Position numbers and translations under genes: made by a program | Shown here: piece by piece, positions 11,086-25,566 of the stretch | Layout of the letters: every line of letters starts with the position of its first letter | How positions within the stretch are numbered: position 1 is the stretch's first letter | Notes under the pieces: generated by a model | The model's input: only the letters and a program-made list of their open reading frames with translations | The model's database searches: none | What the model was told of the DNA's origin: nothing | Assembly: GCA_965153355.1 (NCBI GenBank) | Contig: OZ231126.1 | Coordinates: 45,012,001-45,076,000, forward strand | Direction: 5' to 3' | Source of the DNA: Flaccisagitta enflata | Lineage: Eukaryota | DNA length: 64,000 nt

Positions 11086-13835
11086 TACTTGGAAATGTGA
11101 TTCTATGGAAACCAACACCCGTAAGCAATAAAGCATCCTCATATTCAAAATATCAGTCACTTGAATTTATTTGCCTTCCTGTTATGAATTCCCCCGTATT
11201 TCCAAGTCTTGACGACATCTACTGTAGCAAATATCGTGGTTACTTTCACTGCGTCCCAGAAATTTACCGTGCTATGATACTTTTTTGATAAGTCTTTTTA
11301 ACGTCTTTCAATTTTGAATTCAAATAAACCGTCATATGTGGTACGTGATGTGTAAATCTGCTCTTGTTGTGTTATCATTCACTAAATAGACTTTTCAAAA
11401 TACGATGGGAAGTTGTTGTGATTTTCTTTACTTGTCCATAAGCTGAACCAGTTAGCTTTTATTTGGTGCAATGCCATCTTCGTCTGTCGGCTCAAGTTTC
11501 ATGATGATAGTAAAGCATCAAAAGCGCTAGTGTAAAATGTAAATAAAGGTCATAGCACTCAGCTCATAGCTGTAACTGAAGTCAGCTTATAGCTTTAGCA
11601 GCTTTTTGTAACAGTTGTTCGAAAAAAAATTGACTCTGTAACATGAGCAGCTAGAAATGTGCGATTTTTTTAACTGTCTAGATCTTTGTTCCCAGAGTAT
11701 AATTCTAAAAGATTTCTGCATTAGCTGGTGTCTAAGTGGTCCGTTTCAAAGCTCAAAAAGGAGCATTTAATTAGGCTAATAACATGCGCCAGCTTAGAGA
11801 AATTGAGAGAGAGAAAAAAGTTGTCAGAAATTTTAACTTCCCTTGACCTTAGCATATCTGCTATGAAATTTAAGAAAACATCATCATTTTTCCTATACTT
11901 TGCTTACTTTATCACAGAGTCAGACCAGAGTGCTTTTTTTTGGCGATAAAAATAGTAAAAATTGAAAGAAAATAAGAAAATGCTGAGAAAACCTCGTTTT
12001 GACCGAAATCAGAGAACCGTGTGGTCATGTTCGCTGATCTGTCTTGTAGAGTAAGCTATGCTGTTTCTAAATCTGTTTTTAAAAATCTCCTGCGATATGG
12101 CGGGAAATGGCGAGAGGCGAAACCGTGAACCCTTTTCATTAGAGGTAAGAGAATTTATATTGTCATGGAATAGAACGCATAGAACTAACGCTAACGATTC
12201 ATGCATCGCATTCGCGTTGCTACGCATTTTGTATCAGCATGACGTGTTTAATTTTAGTCGTATGCCAGTGAGCGGGGACAGTGTGCAGGCAGGGTATGAG
12301 GTCAGGGTCAAGATAAGGATATTGGGCAGGGGCAGTGACATGACACAAAGGAACCACATTCATTGATCCTCCTCTAAAATGATAAGTGTCAATATAGTTG
12401 TTAGCATAGAGCAGGGCTGAGTTATAAACAACATGTGCCCCTGCTGTTTTGAATACATGAATGAATGAATGAATTTATGAATGAATGAATGGATGAATGA
12501 GCCGAAAAATGAACATTTTAGATAATTTTTTTGTCTGTTTGTGTAGTTGTGGAGGGGTTGGGGTGTGGGGGAGGGGGCTTGGGTTGGGGAGCCTGGGGTA
12601 TGTATGGGGAAAGGACGCCCCTGCCCACCCATCCAGACGTCCGCAGCGACCCAGTGTCACTTGCTTTCTTTCCTTACTGTTTTTTTTCTTTCCTTCTTTT
12701 TCTTCTTTCATAACTTCCTTGATTCTTTCTTTCATATACAGTTGAATCCCACTCCAATGGTCCCGCTGCTTATAGAATTCTGCCTGTAATGGATTCAAAT
12801 TTATAGTCCCTTCAACATGTTTCTTTTCATTTCATGTATTGGCTTTAACAGAATTTTGTTTGAACGTGGGAAAAAACTCATTGGTCGACAAGTTTCCAAA
12901 TACGCAAATGAACAAATCCCTGCATGATAGAAATTGGATTTAAGAAATGAATCAATTGATAAATGAATGAATGAATGAATGTATGAGTGAATGAATGGAT
13001 CAAATAAAGACAAATACAAGTGTTTTCATAGCTAGGGAAAAAATCTATGACATAAGGTAAGATATGATGCAAGAATGGAGTCACAGATGAATAGATAGAA
13101 AATAAAATAAATAAATAATAAAAAATGAAAAAATGAATCAATAAATCAAGTAATGAATATAAAAAAATAGGTAGTACAAAGGATATCATATTTTCATAGA
13201 ACAAACGAAAAAAATACCCGTTTTCCTTAATTTTAATAAATAAGAACTCTAAATTTTGTATGTAAAAATTTTTTTATAGATGATGAATAAATGGATGAAC
13301 TTATAAAAAATTGATGAATAGTACTAAATTTTGTATTACACCATTAAGTTATCAAGAATTTGATGAAATATTGACAAACAATGATAAGATTGATCAATTT
13401 TATTTCACATTTCGTACTTCAGACACGCAATCTTACACCTTGCCTATTTATTTATGAATTCTGAGCAGTTTCCGCACTACTGCTCATGCCCAACCATCTG
13501 CAACTGGATTACCGTGTATCCGGCTTTGTTTAGTGATACATAGTTAAGAAAATAATATTTTGCAATCATTTCTTTTGCAATGTGATCAATATGCAATGCT
13601 TAATGTTTATTAAAAACTGATTAGCTTCAAATCAATAATATATATTTTGACCTTTATGAATGGGATCTGCAGGGCGGATCTTACTCTGCGTCTTAATCAC
13701 AATCTTCACATTTTAGTCAGATAGTCAGTTACTGCCCCTGCCCACCCGTACATGATGATATTTGCTGTTTACTCAGCCTTGATGCAGAGTTTGAATGCGT
13801 CACAATATAGGATTCAATCAAGTATCAGTCTGTGT

Positions 13836-13906
<71 letters not shown>

Positions 13907-15634
13907 GAAGCAAGTTTTTGACCTATCAAAAGATGTTTTGAATTTGGCACAAAATGAGACCAACACACTTATTTCCACTCTCTGGCAACGTGAATTGTGC
14001 CATTGAGTCAGCCAGTATCAAAATTAATCTCCTGGCGAGGTTTTTCTGTGCATGCGGACATATTAATGCAATTTGATTCTCGGTATGGCCCAACTTTTTC
14101 GAGGAAAAAAAAAAGTGCCAGAAAACGATTGGCAGATTCCACTTTTATTCATGAACATAGGGGCCATGAAAATTATTCAAAGTGTCATTTATGGTTCTAA
14201 TCATTAAAATACATGTAATTACGAGTCAATCCATGTGCGCAAACGGATTTTTGACCATTTTAGCCGGTTTCGATTGAGTACCCTAATTTAATAGGGAAAC
14301 AGCTGTTTTCGCTTGGTTTTCGCTGAAAGTTTGATTTGAGGAAGTTTTTTACCTCAATTGACTTGAATCGCCTAAGTGAAAAAAAAATTATAGACCAAAA
14401 TGAAAAACAAATTGACCTCTATCAAATGGTACCTTGTTTGCGTCTCTATGTGCTCCATAGTCAATGAAAAACCTCTACAATTTTTATTCGAACACCCGAT
14501 AACTACAGGGAATACCCCACAAAACGTCACCAAAGAAAACATCATATTTCCACTTCTAGAAATGATGATCCTATACAGAAAAAATTCCCAAAAAACACTT
14601 TTAAACGGAACAAAACTGCAGCTGTTCTGTAGCATTGAAAGCAACTTGAAAGTTGGCGAGGCATGAATTTTCTTGTTTGCGGGTTTTGGAGTGGTTACGC
14701 TTATTTTGATGAAATTTCTCAACCTATTGAGCCAGAACTACGGGGTCACAGTCCGTCATGATGGGAAAAAAATCAAACTTTTGCGTGTTTCAAATCGCTC
14801 TGCGCAAGTCAATACTCATTTTTCACAAACCCGAATGGCGCTTGTAAACTGTGTTAATTAAATCCCAGTAATTACGAGTGCAGAAAACGGTTTTACTGAA
14901 GTATAATAAAGCGTCAAAGGAAGTCTAGGCTTAATTTGCATAATCAAGAATTCATAGATTTTGCTCATTCTCAGCTCCTAGTTATTCCCGCAATCACGCG
15001 CATCAGAGTCACCGTCATATTAAAAGGGTTGTCAAGGAAAAAGGGTGAAAATTGATCAACAATGAGGATCCTAGAAGATCCTGATTTTCTTCCCATCACT
15101 TATGAATCTGTTTGATTGTGGGGGGGGGGGGACTTGAATCAAAGATATTTTGAAGTTGACTATGAATTCATGGAATGACTAAGCTTGTGATCTATGCATA
15201 ATCAGAAATTAGCCTATCAATGGTCAAAGACAACATTTTCGCTCTAGAAACCCTTGTGAAACATAAATAGATTTTATGAGAATATGATGAGAAACATTAA
15301 AGAAACCAAATTTTCATTGAAATATCTTCAATTTGATACCGTTCATAGCTGTTGTGCACAATTTGAATTTTTTGATAATGGATAACAGTGAAATAGAATG
15401 CGACCCTTGATGGTTTTCTGAGAAAAAAAGAATGATTTTTTTTCTCCAAAAATTGGGTGTATTTCACTTGTTCCGTATAGTTTATTTTTCTAAAATCGAT
15501 GTTGTTAGTCTATCATAGACAAAATCGGTTGGAAAGTTCTTCCAGGAACTCCTTTCAGAATTAGATTATCATATCTAGAAGCTGTAATATAACGTTTTTA
15601 TGGTGACTTTTGGCGGGGTACTCCCTGTAACAGC

Positions 15635-15728
<94 letters not shown>

Positions 15729-16249
15729 TGACCGACCAACCGACCGATCGACGGACCGACATAGCGAGGTGTAGACTCGCGTAGCACGCGACTAAAAATA
15801 GATCATGGAGCTTCTATGAGTGTGTCCGCCTTCCCCTTTATTAATACATATCTCAAAGAAAATGTACAGGAAGGATTATAGTCTCGAGATTTTCCCATTT
15901 GTCATGATGGGGAAGGGGGTGGGTAGCGGGCAAACTTTGTGTTTGGAAGCCTCATGGTCATTTCTTTTTGTCATGGATCATCGATTTACGTGTTTTTGAG
16001 TAATATACCAGGACCTAGCATTTGATATTAGTGGGATACTAAAGAATTCACAGCTGAATTTCAGTCACAGACCATTCACTATTCAGGGGAACATTGACAG
16101 ACTGAATGAAAAGAAAATGAAAATCAATACGGCAGTTCATCCTTCATTCCATGATTATTTTCCTTCATATAACATCCACTAATCTACTAACATCCATCCA
16201 TGCATAGGTTCGGACGGAATTTAAGATGTTGTATGTCACTTTTAACCCA

Positions 16250-16771
16250 CCATACCCTACAGCCCAAACCACCTATAGTAGAGACATGAAATTTGGTATG
16301 GAAAGTCAGTGGGGAAATAATTTTGGGGCTATCAGAGGTTTGCTGGCCTCTGCCCCTGAGCAGAAATATAGGGTGGGGGTGAGAAAAATTCTTGGTGGGT
16401 TGAAAATCTCAAAAATTTTTTTGAAATTTTGGATTTTTCAATTGGGATATGCTGTATTAGTGTCTAACAAACAAAAACTAAAATCATCATAGAATTCTGA
16501 TTTTATGTGACTTTACAAGCATTTTTGATCTTTTTGAAATGTCTTGTTATAATGTACAGAAGTGCATAACTCTTCAAAAATTAAGAAAAAATTGAAAAAA
16601 AAATTTTTTGAGATTTTTCAACCCTCAGGGGTCGACCCACCCCACACTCATATCGCCGCTCAGGGGCGGAAATTGAAAAAACCCTCTGATGGCCCCAAAA
16701 GTATTCCCCCACTGACTTTCCATACCAAATTTCATGTCTCTACTATAGGTGATTTGGGCTGTAGGGTATGG
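16250..16771. mobile_element. ~520-bp foldback MITE with ~200-bp arms
   Basis: CCATACCCTACAGCCCAAA.CACCTATAGTAGAGACATGAAATTTGGTATGGAAAGTCAGTGGGG is mirrored at ~16707-16771. No clear TSD. Confidence 0.85.
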
Positions 16772-16902
16772 ATATCAAAGTTAAGCCCCCCTTTCAGAGC
16801 ACTTTCGCCCTTTGCCATTCATAGCTGCTGAAACCAAAGCCAAAGGCAAAAATCATAGACTTTGAGGGCGTGTTTCTGCAAATGTATAACCGCGTTTTGA
16901 TA

Positions 16903-17150
16903 TGCTTCACTTGGTCACTCGCTTCGCTCACTTTACTCATTTTGCTCACTTGCACCACTCACTTCGCTCTGCAGCGCTCTCTCTCAGCAAAGCAAAGCCC
17001 GACAGTCTGACTGTTTGGTCCATGCACAGGCTCACTCACTCACTTCACTCACTCATTTGCTTACTTCGCTAACTCCTTCGCTCACTTGGCTCACTCATTT
17101 CGCTCACTCACTTTGCTTACTTCGCTCACTCACTTTGCTCACTCTCTCTT
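16903..17150. repeat. Degenerate (GCTCACTCACTTC)-like minisatellite
   Basis: Repeated CGCTCACTCACT / CACTTCGCT units. Confidence 0.7.
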
Positions 17151-17469
17151 GTGGAACAGTGAATAAGAGGAATAGAGAGAAAAATAAAAAAACAAAGGAA
17201 AATAAAACATACGATTTAGTGGAAACCAACCCTCAGTTTTTTTTTCATTCCATCTTTAATTATCAGATTTTGTTCTCCGAGTTTCAGCGCGCAGCCAATT
17301 GATCAATGATCCAACTAACAGATGGTTCCACATTTAATTCCTTTTTTTTCCTTTTCTTATCTTTTTTTTTTTTTTTTTTTTTTTTTTTGCGTTTACTTGC
17401 CACCCTATCATGAGCTCAATGGAAATGGTGCGCTGAATGTGGGGGAAATTTTGAATGTTTTTTCCATAA

Positions 17470-17926
17470 AGCGCACGCGACTCTACAACCCGCCTTGTCC
17501 ATCCGTCGGACCATTGCGATGCATTGGAACAATGGTCAAACTTTTCTATCACTTTAAGCCCTTTTTTGTAGTTTTTAATCAGTATAAGTCATTTGAAGTC
17601 ATTTTAAGTCCTTTTGATGATTTGCTTTTATTCACACAAGAACTGAACTAAGACTTAAGGAGCAGAAAGTAACAGATTTGAATAGAGAGCCATTAGACAC
17701 ATCATCGAAAGTCAAATTCGAGTCAAAAAGTTACATCAAGTTGTTAAAAGTTATATTAAGTCACTAAAGTCAATTAGGTCAATCAAGTTGTTCAAGTCAT
17801 ATTACATCATGCTAATATAAGTCTTTTTAAGTCATTTTAACTCATCTTCAGTCATTTAAAGTCAATCTAAGTCATCATAAGTTATTCTTATTCTTATCCA
17901 GCGCGATTAATAGGTGTTGGCCTTGT
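17470..17926 (+). mobile_element. Degenerate HINE-like element with AAGTCATTTT-type 10-11-bp cargo
   Basis: GCACGCGACTCTACAACCCGC 5' part, AAGTCA repeats, and GCGCGATT..GGCCTTG-TT 3' end. Confidence 0.6.
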
Positions 17927-18624
17927 TTTTCTGACAGCAACTCTCTTGTTGGTCTTTGTTTGTTGTTTTGTGACACAAAAATTCACAGAAAATTTTCTCT
18001 GCATCTTTTTTTATGCTCTATTAGTCATAAGGTTCCAAGTTTTAATTCTTACGTGAATCAATCATTTCCCCAAATTTTTCATGTAAAATATAAGTTTAAA
18101 AGACGTGTATTCTTGCATCCTGGAAGTCATATAGCTTCACTTTAGAGGTCATTCTGTGCTTAAGAGGTAAAATTAATGTCCCACCTTAGAACCATATCAA
18201 AAGTTGTAAAATGGATCACCGTAACTCAATATTAAGTAAAAAACAATGTTTTTAGGCCAAATTTGATTCTATTACCTTAGAATATATGCATAATATAAAT
18301 GTTGGTACAGTGCTTATACCATGTCCTCAATTTTACCAACACATGCTCCTATCTAGATCTCTGTGAAATGTTTCTGCCCAAATTTTTACACATCCCCTTT
18401 CACTCCTTTCAAGACGACCAAAACGTCTTTTACTCAATTTTCTGCTCATTATTCCAAGGCATTCATTAAAAAGCTTTTGATGAGGTCATTTCGCGCCTGA
18501 TTCACTGATTGGAATTCCTTTCTCTAATTTTTTTTGTTCTTTTAAACTTTTCATCCCAATTTTTGGTTTTACCTGCGTGGGGGTCTACAGTCTCTTTCTT
18601 TTTTTGGGGGGGGTTTCTTCATTC

Positions 18625-18696
<72 letters not shown>

Positions 18697-19984
18697 CTCT
18701 CGTTATCTTTCTTTTGATTCTCACCCAGTTTCACTAAGTTTCAATCTCTCTGGCTTCATTTCATTCGTGTCTGTCTCATTTCCCGCAATTGATTGAGACT
18801 GCGGATGGTGTCTGCCAGTCAGTATTCCTTGCTTTCTGTCTGTCTGTTTGTCTGTCTGTCTGTTTGTCTTTTTGCCTGTCTATCTATTTATCTATTTGTT
18901 GGTCAGTCAACATTCTGAATCTTTGTGAGTTTAGTCTTTACCCCTCTTTCTGTCTCTTTGTCTGTCTTTCTATCTGTCTGTCTGTCTCACGAGTTATCTG
19001 TCTTTCTGTCAGGCGAATAATCTGTCTTTCTGTCCCTCTATCTACCTGTCCGCCTGTCTCTTTCTCTGTCTTGCTGCCTGGCTGTCGGTCTGGCGAATTA
19101 TCTGTATTTCTGTCTCTCTGTCTTTCTACCCATCTGTATCTTTGTCCGTCTTTCTGTCTGGCTGTCTGTCTGGCGAATTATCTGTCTTTTTGTCTGTCTG
19201 TCTGTCTGCCTTTCTGTCTGTCTGTCTGTCTCTCTGACTGTTTATATTTCTCTCTCTCTCTGTCCCATTTACCGCAATTGATTGAGATTGCAGATGGTGA
19301 CTGCAGGAAAAGAGAGGGAATTGTTGAGAATGCGATGCGTGACGTAGTTCTCATTTTGACTAAGATCGGACGAAATGATGACGTCAGTGACGTGAACTAA
19401 AAACGCGATCGAGCAGACGATGAAGAAAAATGCCCACAACCACCTGAAACGTGAGAAGGGAGGGGGGGGGGGTAAGAAAAGAAATGTGGAAATAAAAGTA
19501 AATTCTAGTTGTTCTAGTGTCCTCTATTTACCTTCAGTAAAGCCCAATTAGCCGATTCATGCTCAGGACTGGGGAACAAAGCCGTATATGAACGGGCCGA
19601 TGGATATGACCTCTTGAAGAAGTCTATCGGCGCATTAAGAAAGACCATGACATTCTAAATGAGTAACTGACATGCTTATTTTGCTAATCTTTAATAGGCT
19701 AGTTATCTGAAGAATGAATTTGGTTCAAAATTTAAAATTCTTCCGCCATCTAACCATAAAATCTAAGCGGCATTTGGGCAATTAATAAGACAAACATTTG
19801 ATCAAGAAACCCGCAAGGCATGTCATCTCAATAGCGAAGTATATGATTATGAAAGCAATTCTATGTCTATTGAAACTCTTTAACGTTGCCGTGCGGTTTT
19901 CATGATCAGATACTAGCCTCATAAAAAAAAGACTTCAACAGTACTTAGGCTAACTGGCTATCTAACTCTAAAAAAATCAATTTT

Positions 19985-20188
19985 AGTCGCGTGCTACGCG
20001 ACTCTACACCCTGCTTTGTCGATCCATCAGAACATCCGTCGGTCCGTCCATTGGTCCGTCCTTCACAGTTTACTTTTTTTGGGTTTTGCGTTCTTTTGCC
20101 TCAATACTCCTACCCAAAAAATCAAGTGACATCAAATACAGCCCCTGCCCAACCGCACGCGACTGGGGTAGCCGTGTATCCGTCCTTA
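19985..20188 (+). mobile_element. HINE-like subfamily A element
   Basis: TTTT-AGTCGCGTGCTACGCGACT, GTCC repeats, GCACGCGACTGGGGTAGCCGTGTATCC. Confidence 0.85.
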
Positions 20189-20277
20189 TGCAAGCCCCTT
20201 GCGATATCCGCCCCAATATTCAAGTTATTCAAAATTTGCAAAACTGACAGATGAGAAAAAGGCGTCTCGTTAATTAA

Positions 20278-20402
20278 GAATGAATGAATGATTGGATGAA
20301 TGAATGAATGAATGAATGAATGAATAAATGAATGAATGAATGAATGAATGAATGGTCGAATGAATGAATGAATGAATGAATGAATGAATGAATGAATGAA
20401 TG
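20278..20402. repeat. (GAAT)n microsatellite
   Basis: Direct reading. Confidence 0.95.
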
Positions 20403-20923
20403 CTTCACTGCGTACGTTCTAGCATCGATGGAGAATAGTGATGAAATCGGCCATTTTTCAAGACTTACACAAAACTGACAGACAGAAAGACCGACACACG
20501 GACGGACATGAGCGGTTATAGATGTGCAAGGACGCACATGAAAAAAGAGGTATAAATGAAATGTTGGTTCTTTCATCATATTCCGGCGCGGCGCCAATTT
20601 GTCTCAGTCTCTGTCTCTGTCTTTCTCTGTCTCTGTCTCTCTCTTTCTCTTTCTCTTTCTTTTTTTCTTTCTTTCTTTCTCTCTCTCTCTCTTTCTCTCT
20701 CTTTCTTTCTCTCTCTGTTTATCGTTTGAAATATTGAAATATTGAAGTATTGATTTTATCTTAGTTCTAGAAAGGTCTTGCAGTGCGTTTGAATGAAAAA
20801 AAAAATGTTATTGAAAATGTATCGTTTTCCCAACACTTGAAGCAATAGAACATGAAATGAAGACCATGAAGACAAGATTATGCGAACAGTAACAACAACA
20901 ACATCATCATCAACAACACCACC

Positions 20924-20958
<35 letters not shown>

Positions 20959-21489
20959 ATAAATAATAACAACAACAATAACAACAAAAACGAGGCATGG
21001 CAATTGCGGTGTTTTCATCGTGAGGCCATTGTTAGATCCGTTTACTCATTTCCTGCAAATGGATATTTGCTACACTAATCCTCGGCAGCAAGGTCTTACC
21101 AAACATCTCCTCAACAACTGCACCCTCATAAAAATCTCATAAAAAAGACGATGTGACTCTTTCTATGGACAAGACCGAAGAAAAAAACACAATCTCCTAA
21201 ATCTTTTTCTGTCGGCCATTCTTTTCTTTTTCTCTCTTCTTACTTACATTCTTCTTGTCTTTTTTTTTCTGTCTTTATTATTGTCTTTATTTCTGTCTTT
21301 CTTACTTTCTTTTTTTCTTTTTTTCTTTCTGTCTTTCCTCTTTCCTCCTTCCTCTTTCATTCTTTCCTTTTCCTTCTTCCCTGCGTTCCTTCGTTCCTTC
21401 TTTCCTTTCCTTCTTTCCTTCTTTCCTTCTTTTGTTTCTCAATTTTCCATTTTCTTTTCTTTCTTCTTACTGTTGTTCGGCTTTATCTT

Positions 21490-21807
21490 TTAAGCGGACA
21501 CGCAACTCTATAAGAGGCTTTGTCAAACCGCCCGTTGGTCCGTTGGTCCGTTGGTCCGTTGTGAGCACGAGTCGAAAATTGGAATAGTCGCAAAAGCATT
21601 AGATGGTCAGCGGTACCCGTTGCCCCTATATCAGTTTAGCATGTGGGTGTGAGGTGGTTAGAGGGGTAGCGGCCCCGAAGGTGCAGATGACCTATGCTGT
21701 TTTGTATTGAGCCTCAAGGCCTCTCTCTCTTCTCTCTCTCTCTCTCTCTTGGGTGTCTTTTGTTTACTTGTGTGTCTTACTGCCCTGCCCTGTCTGTGTG
21801 CAGGTGT

Positions 21808-21850
<43 letters not shown>

Positions 21851-22250
21851 ACATTCTTCCACTCATTTTAGCTAACATCTCCCGTACCTTATGCTCGTAA
21901 AAAAAAAAAATCTCAAATGGTCATGTTTTTCAATAGTTTCACAATGGTTTAAAAATGGTCCACTTTTGCGTTCCTTTTTGCTTCTTTATTACTTTTGGCA
22001 GCGGCCCTGGCGGGGTCGGTGACCTATGCTTTCACACATATGGAGACTTTCTCCCTCCTCTCTCCATCCCCGCCTCCAGGCCCATATCTCAGCCTGGAGG
22101 CCCATATCCCAGCCTCGAGGCCTAAAATCCCAGTCTTGAGGTTTCACCCATCTCAAGGCCAAAATTCAACTCAAGGCCCAGATCACTCTAGGATTTAAAC
22201 TCAATGACTGGAATTGGGCCTTGGGGTTGAGATTTTGGCCTTGAGGATTA
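21490..22250. mobile_element. Cluster of truncated HINE-C and family-B fragments
   Basis: HINE-C head at 21490-21583 interrupted by a family-B tail at 21585 (TAGTCGCAAAAGC..GGTCAGCGGTACC). A family-B head starts at ~21997. Confidence 0.65.
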
Positions 22251-22434
22251 GCCCACTATAAAAACACGCTTTTTCATGGTGAGGCTCTCTATCCAAGGAA
22301 TCTGGCTCAAAATCATGTATATAGATGGTCCATCACAAAAATTTGACCTTGGGGCTTCTCTAAAATGTGCCCGCCACACCCCTCCTAATGCTGAAGTGGT
22401 GGTGTTGTTTTTTTGACATCGTCATATATTACTC

Positions 22435-24212
22435 ATCTTTGTAAACTTATATCTCCTAAACGAATAAAGCTAGTGACCTCAATTTGGGCTCATTTTAAAG
22501 AGCTTTACTAACTCTTTAAAATGAGCTCAAGTTGAGATCATCAGCTGTATTCATTTAGAAGCAGTTTTCTTCCAAAGTTGATGCCTATTTGGAGAAAGTA
22601 TTGATTTCTGTCACAACTTTGCAAGCTTTTATCTCCCAAACAAATAAAGCTACTGACCTCAACTTAAGCTCATTTTGAAGAGCTTTTATTACTTTTTAGT
22701 CGTGTGTTACGCGACTTCCACACCCCTTGCTATGTCAGTTGGTTGGTCATTTATTGGTTGTCAGTTTGTCCTTTTTTTACTTTTTTTGTATATTGCTTTT
22801 TGAGCATGTGGCTCCTGCCCAGATGCTCTGTTAATCTTCTCTAGCACTGCTCTTGCCCACCCGCATGCAACCAGGGTAGCCGTGTATTCAGCCTTGTTAA
22901 AAGGAGCCCAAGTGGAGGTCTTTATCTCCATTTGTTGAGTAGCCCTTATCTTAAAAAGCTGATGTCTTTTTGAAGAAAAAAGTAGTCATTAAACTTTATA
23001 TTTTGTTTTTTTTACTCCATTATAGTCAGGTGATACACTGGCTCATTGGTAACTCTCATTTACTGTGGGGGTAGAAGAAACGATGGATAATGCGGGTTTG
23101 GGACCCACAGAGGGCCCTTCAAAGAGCTCACATGGCCTTAATAACGGTAAAAAGGACCCTAATACTGAAAAAAAATTTTTCTTTGCCTTGAGATATCCTA
23201 GTGGTATACTGACTCATTGGTAATTTCCATCTAGTGTGGAAGGAGATGAACAGATGGTTAACAGAGGGTTAGAACCCCTGAGGGGTCTTTGAAAGGCCCT
23301 TCAGGGCTCAAAAATAGCCAAAATTGTTCCAAGGTTAAAAAAGTACTTATTCTTCTGGATTTAGGCACCCTGGTAGTAGTCTTGACTCATCAGTCATTCC
23401 TATCATGTGTAGTGGGATTATGCACAGGTTTATTACAGAAAATCAAGACTCCTGGGCCTCCTTAAGGACCCCATGGGGCCCTAAAATGGTAGAATATCAT
23501 CTTATGTTTTTTTTTGTTTTCTGCTGCATTTTACCATGACGCTGCTTAGATAGCTAATTTGAGGCCTGAGAGGCCAGGGTTGAGGCCTGAGGATTTGAAC
23601 TTGAGGCCTGGAAAGCCTAATTTGTGGTCTGAATGGCCAGGTTTTAGGCCTGAGAGGCTGGATTTGAGACCTGAGCGGCCAGATTTGAGGTGAAAGAGGC
23701 TAAATTTTAGGTCGCAAAGGCCAGAATTAAGTATCTTTCAATGTCTAGGCTATTTTTGCCATTTCTGAGTCCTAAAGGGCCCCTAGGGGTCCAAACCCTC
23801 TATTAACCATCTGTACATCTCCTGCCACACTAGATGGAAATAACTGTTCAGAGAAGTCAGTGGAAAACACTGATTCTCAAAGCAGAAAAGACAATTTTTT
23901 TTAGTATAAGATACTTATTTTGAGGCTATGTGGGCTCCTTTTAGGGGCCTCTTTCTTGGGGTCTCAAACCCCCATTATCTATCTATTAATCTACCCTGAC
24001 AGTAGACGGCAATCACCAATGAGCCAGTGCATCACTTGACTGTAATGAGGTAGGAAAAAAATAGCCAATTTTAGAATTTTAGTATAATGACAAGAATTAC
24101 TATCTTCTTCATGAAGACATCAGCTTTGTAAGACGATTGCTTCTTAACAAAGAAAGAGCAGACTCCTCAAATCATAGCTCATTTTAAAGAGTAAGTAAAG
24201 CTCTCCAAATGA
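22435..24212. mobile_element. Old foldback element with ~180-bp subunits in the arms and a central GAGGCCT array
   Basis: 23025-23310 mirrors 23760-24048 (CAGGTGATACACTGGCTCATTGGT / ACCAATGAGCCAGTGCATCACTTG). GCTCATTTTAAAGAG blocks at ~22490, ~22668 and ~24178. Boundaries approximate. Confidence 0.6.
22698..22896 (+). mobile_element. HINE-like subfamily A element nested in the foldback arm
   Basis: AGTCGTGTGTTACGCGACT head and GCCGTGTATTCAGCCTTG-TT end; interrupts the second ~180-bp subunit. Confidence 0.8.
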
Positions 24213-24333
24213 TGAAAAATACATGGCAGGACACAAGGTTACCCTAGTCGCATGCGGATTGGCATTGGAAGGAAATGAGCCCAAGAATTAGGGTAGCAGT
24301 AGCGACGTAAAAATCGCCTGAATAACACTGAAA

Positions 24334-24507
24334 CAAGGCCGGATACATGGATACCCAAGTCGCGTGCGGGTGGGCTGGTGCAGTAATGAAAAAAAGGCTA
24401 ACCAAGTATTTGGACAGGGGCCGTAAAGCAAAGCCGCCCGTAAACGCGATATTGTTACCATCCGACCGTCGCACCGACCAACCAAGAGACCGACTGACAT
24501 AGCGACT
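24334..24507 (-). mobile_element. HINE-like subfamily A element
   Basis: CAAGGCCGGATACATGG..AGTCGCGTGCGGGTGGGC, GACC repeats, GCGACT-AAAA. Confidence 0.75.
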
Positions 24508-24720
24508 AAAACAGTTTGCTAAACTATGATGGGCCAGAAGAACAAGCAATAAAGATAGAACATAAAGCATGGACAGACATTCAGACTGCAGGAAAGACAT
24601 GGAAAACGAGCGGGCGAACATCGAGTAAAAAGAGAGGTATATAAGGAGGCAGAATTAAAGTAATTGGATTGAAGGCCTGAAGGCCGGTAAAAGGCGGTAG
24701 CAGAAAAGAGAAAATTAGTG

Positions 24721-24772
<52 letters not shown>

Positions 24773-25167
24773 CTTGGGTCGTCGTCGGTCGTCGGCTCGA
24801 TGGATGAAACGGAGGCAGAAGTAAAAAAGGATGAAATGAAGGCAGGAAAAGGAAAAGAAGGAATTTCATCGATAAAACCATTTTGATCCCCGCGTCTTAC
24901 TTCATTCCTCTCTCATTGGCAACAAGAACGTGTTTTTTCTTTTTTTTTCCCTTTTATTTCTCTCTTTTTTCCCTTTTTTTTCTCGTTTTCTTTCTAAGCT
25001 TTAACGTAGGCTCATTTCAATGACCGTCGTTCGTTCCTTCCGCTATGTCTTTCTAGTGGCAACTTTCGTCATATAACAAAGCGGTACACAGCGTATTATA
25101 TTACTATTAGTGAGACAAGCAATATCATTCGGAAGAATATTGACATTGAGGTACAAGCTCATAAAAC

Positions 25168-25436
<269 letters not shown>

Positions 25437-25566
25437 GAGACCGTTAGGCCCAATTTCTACGTCAGTCGGTCAGTCGGTTGGTCCGCCGGGCGTTTGGTCT
25501 AGTGACGTAACGAGAGCTTCCGGCCGGGGGTACGTATTTACGTACTGGGCTTTTAGATTCATTTAC

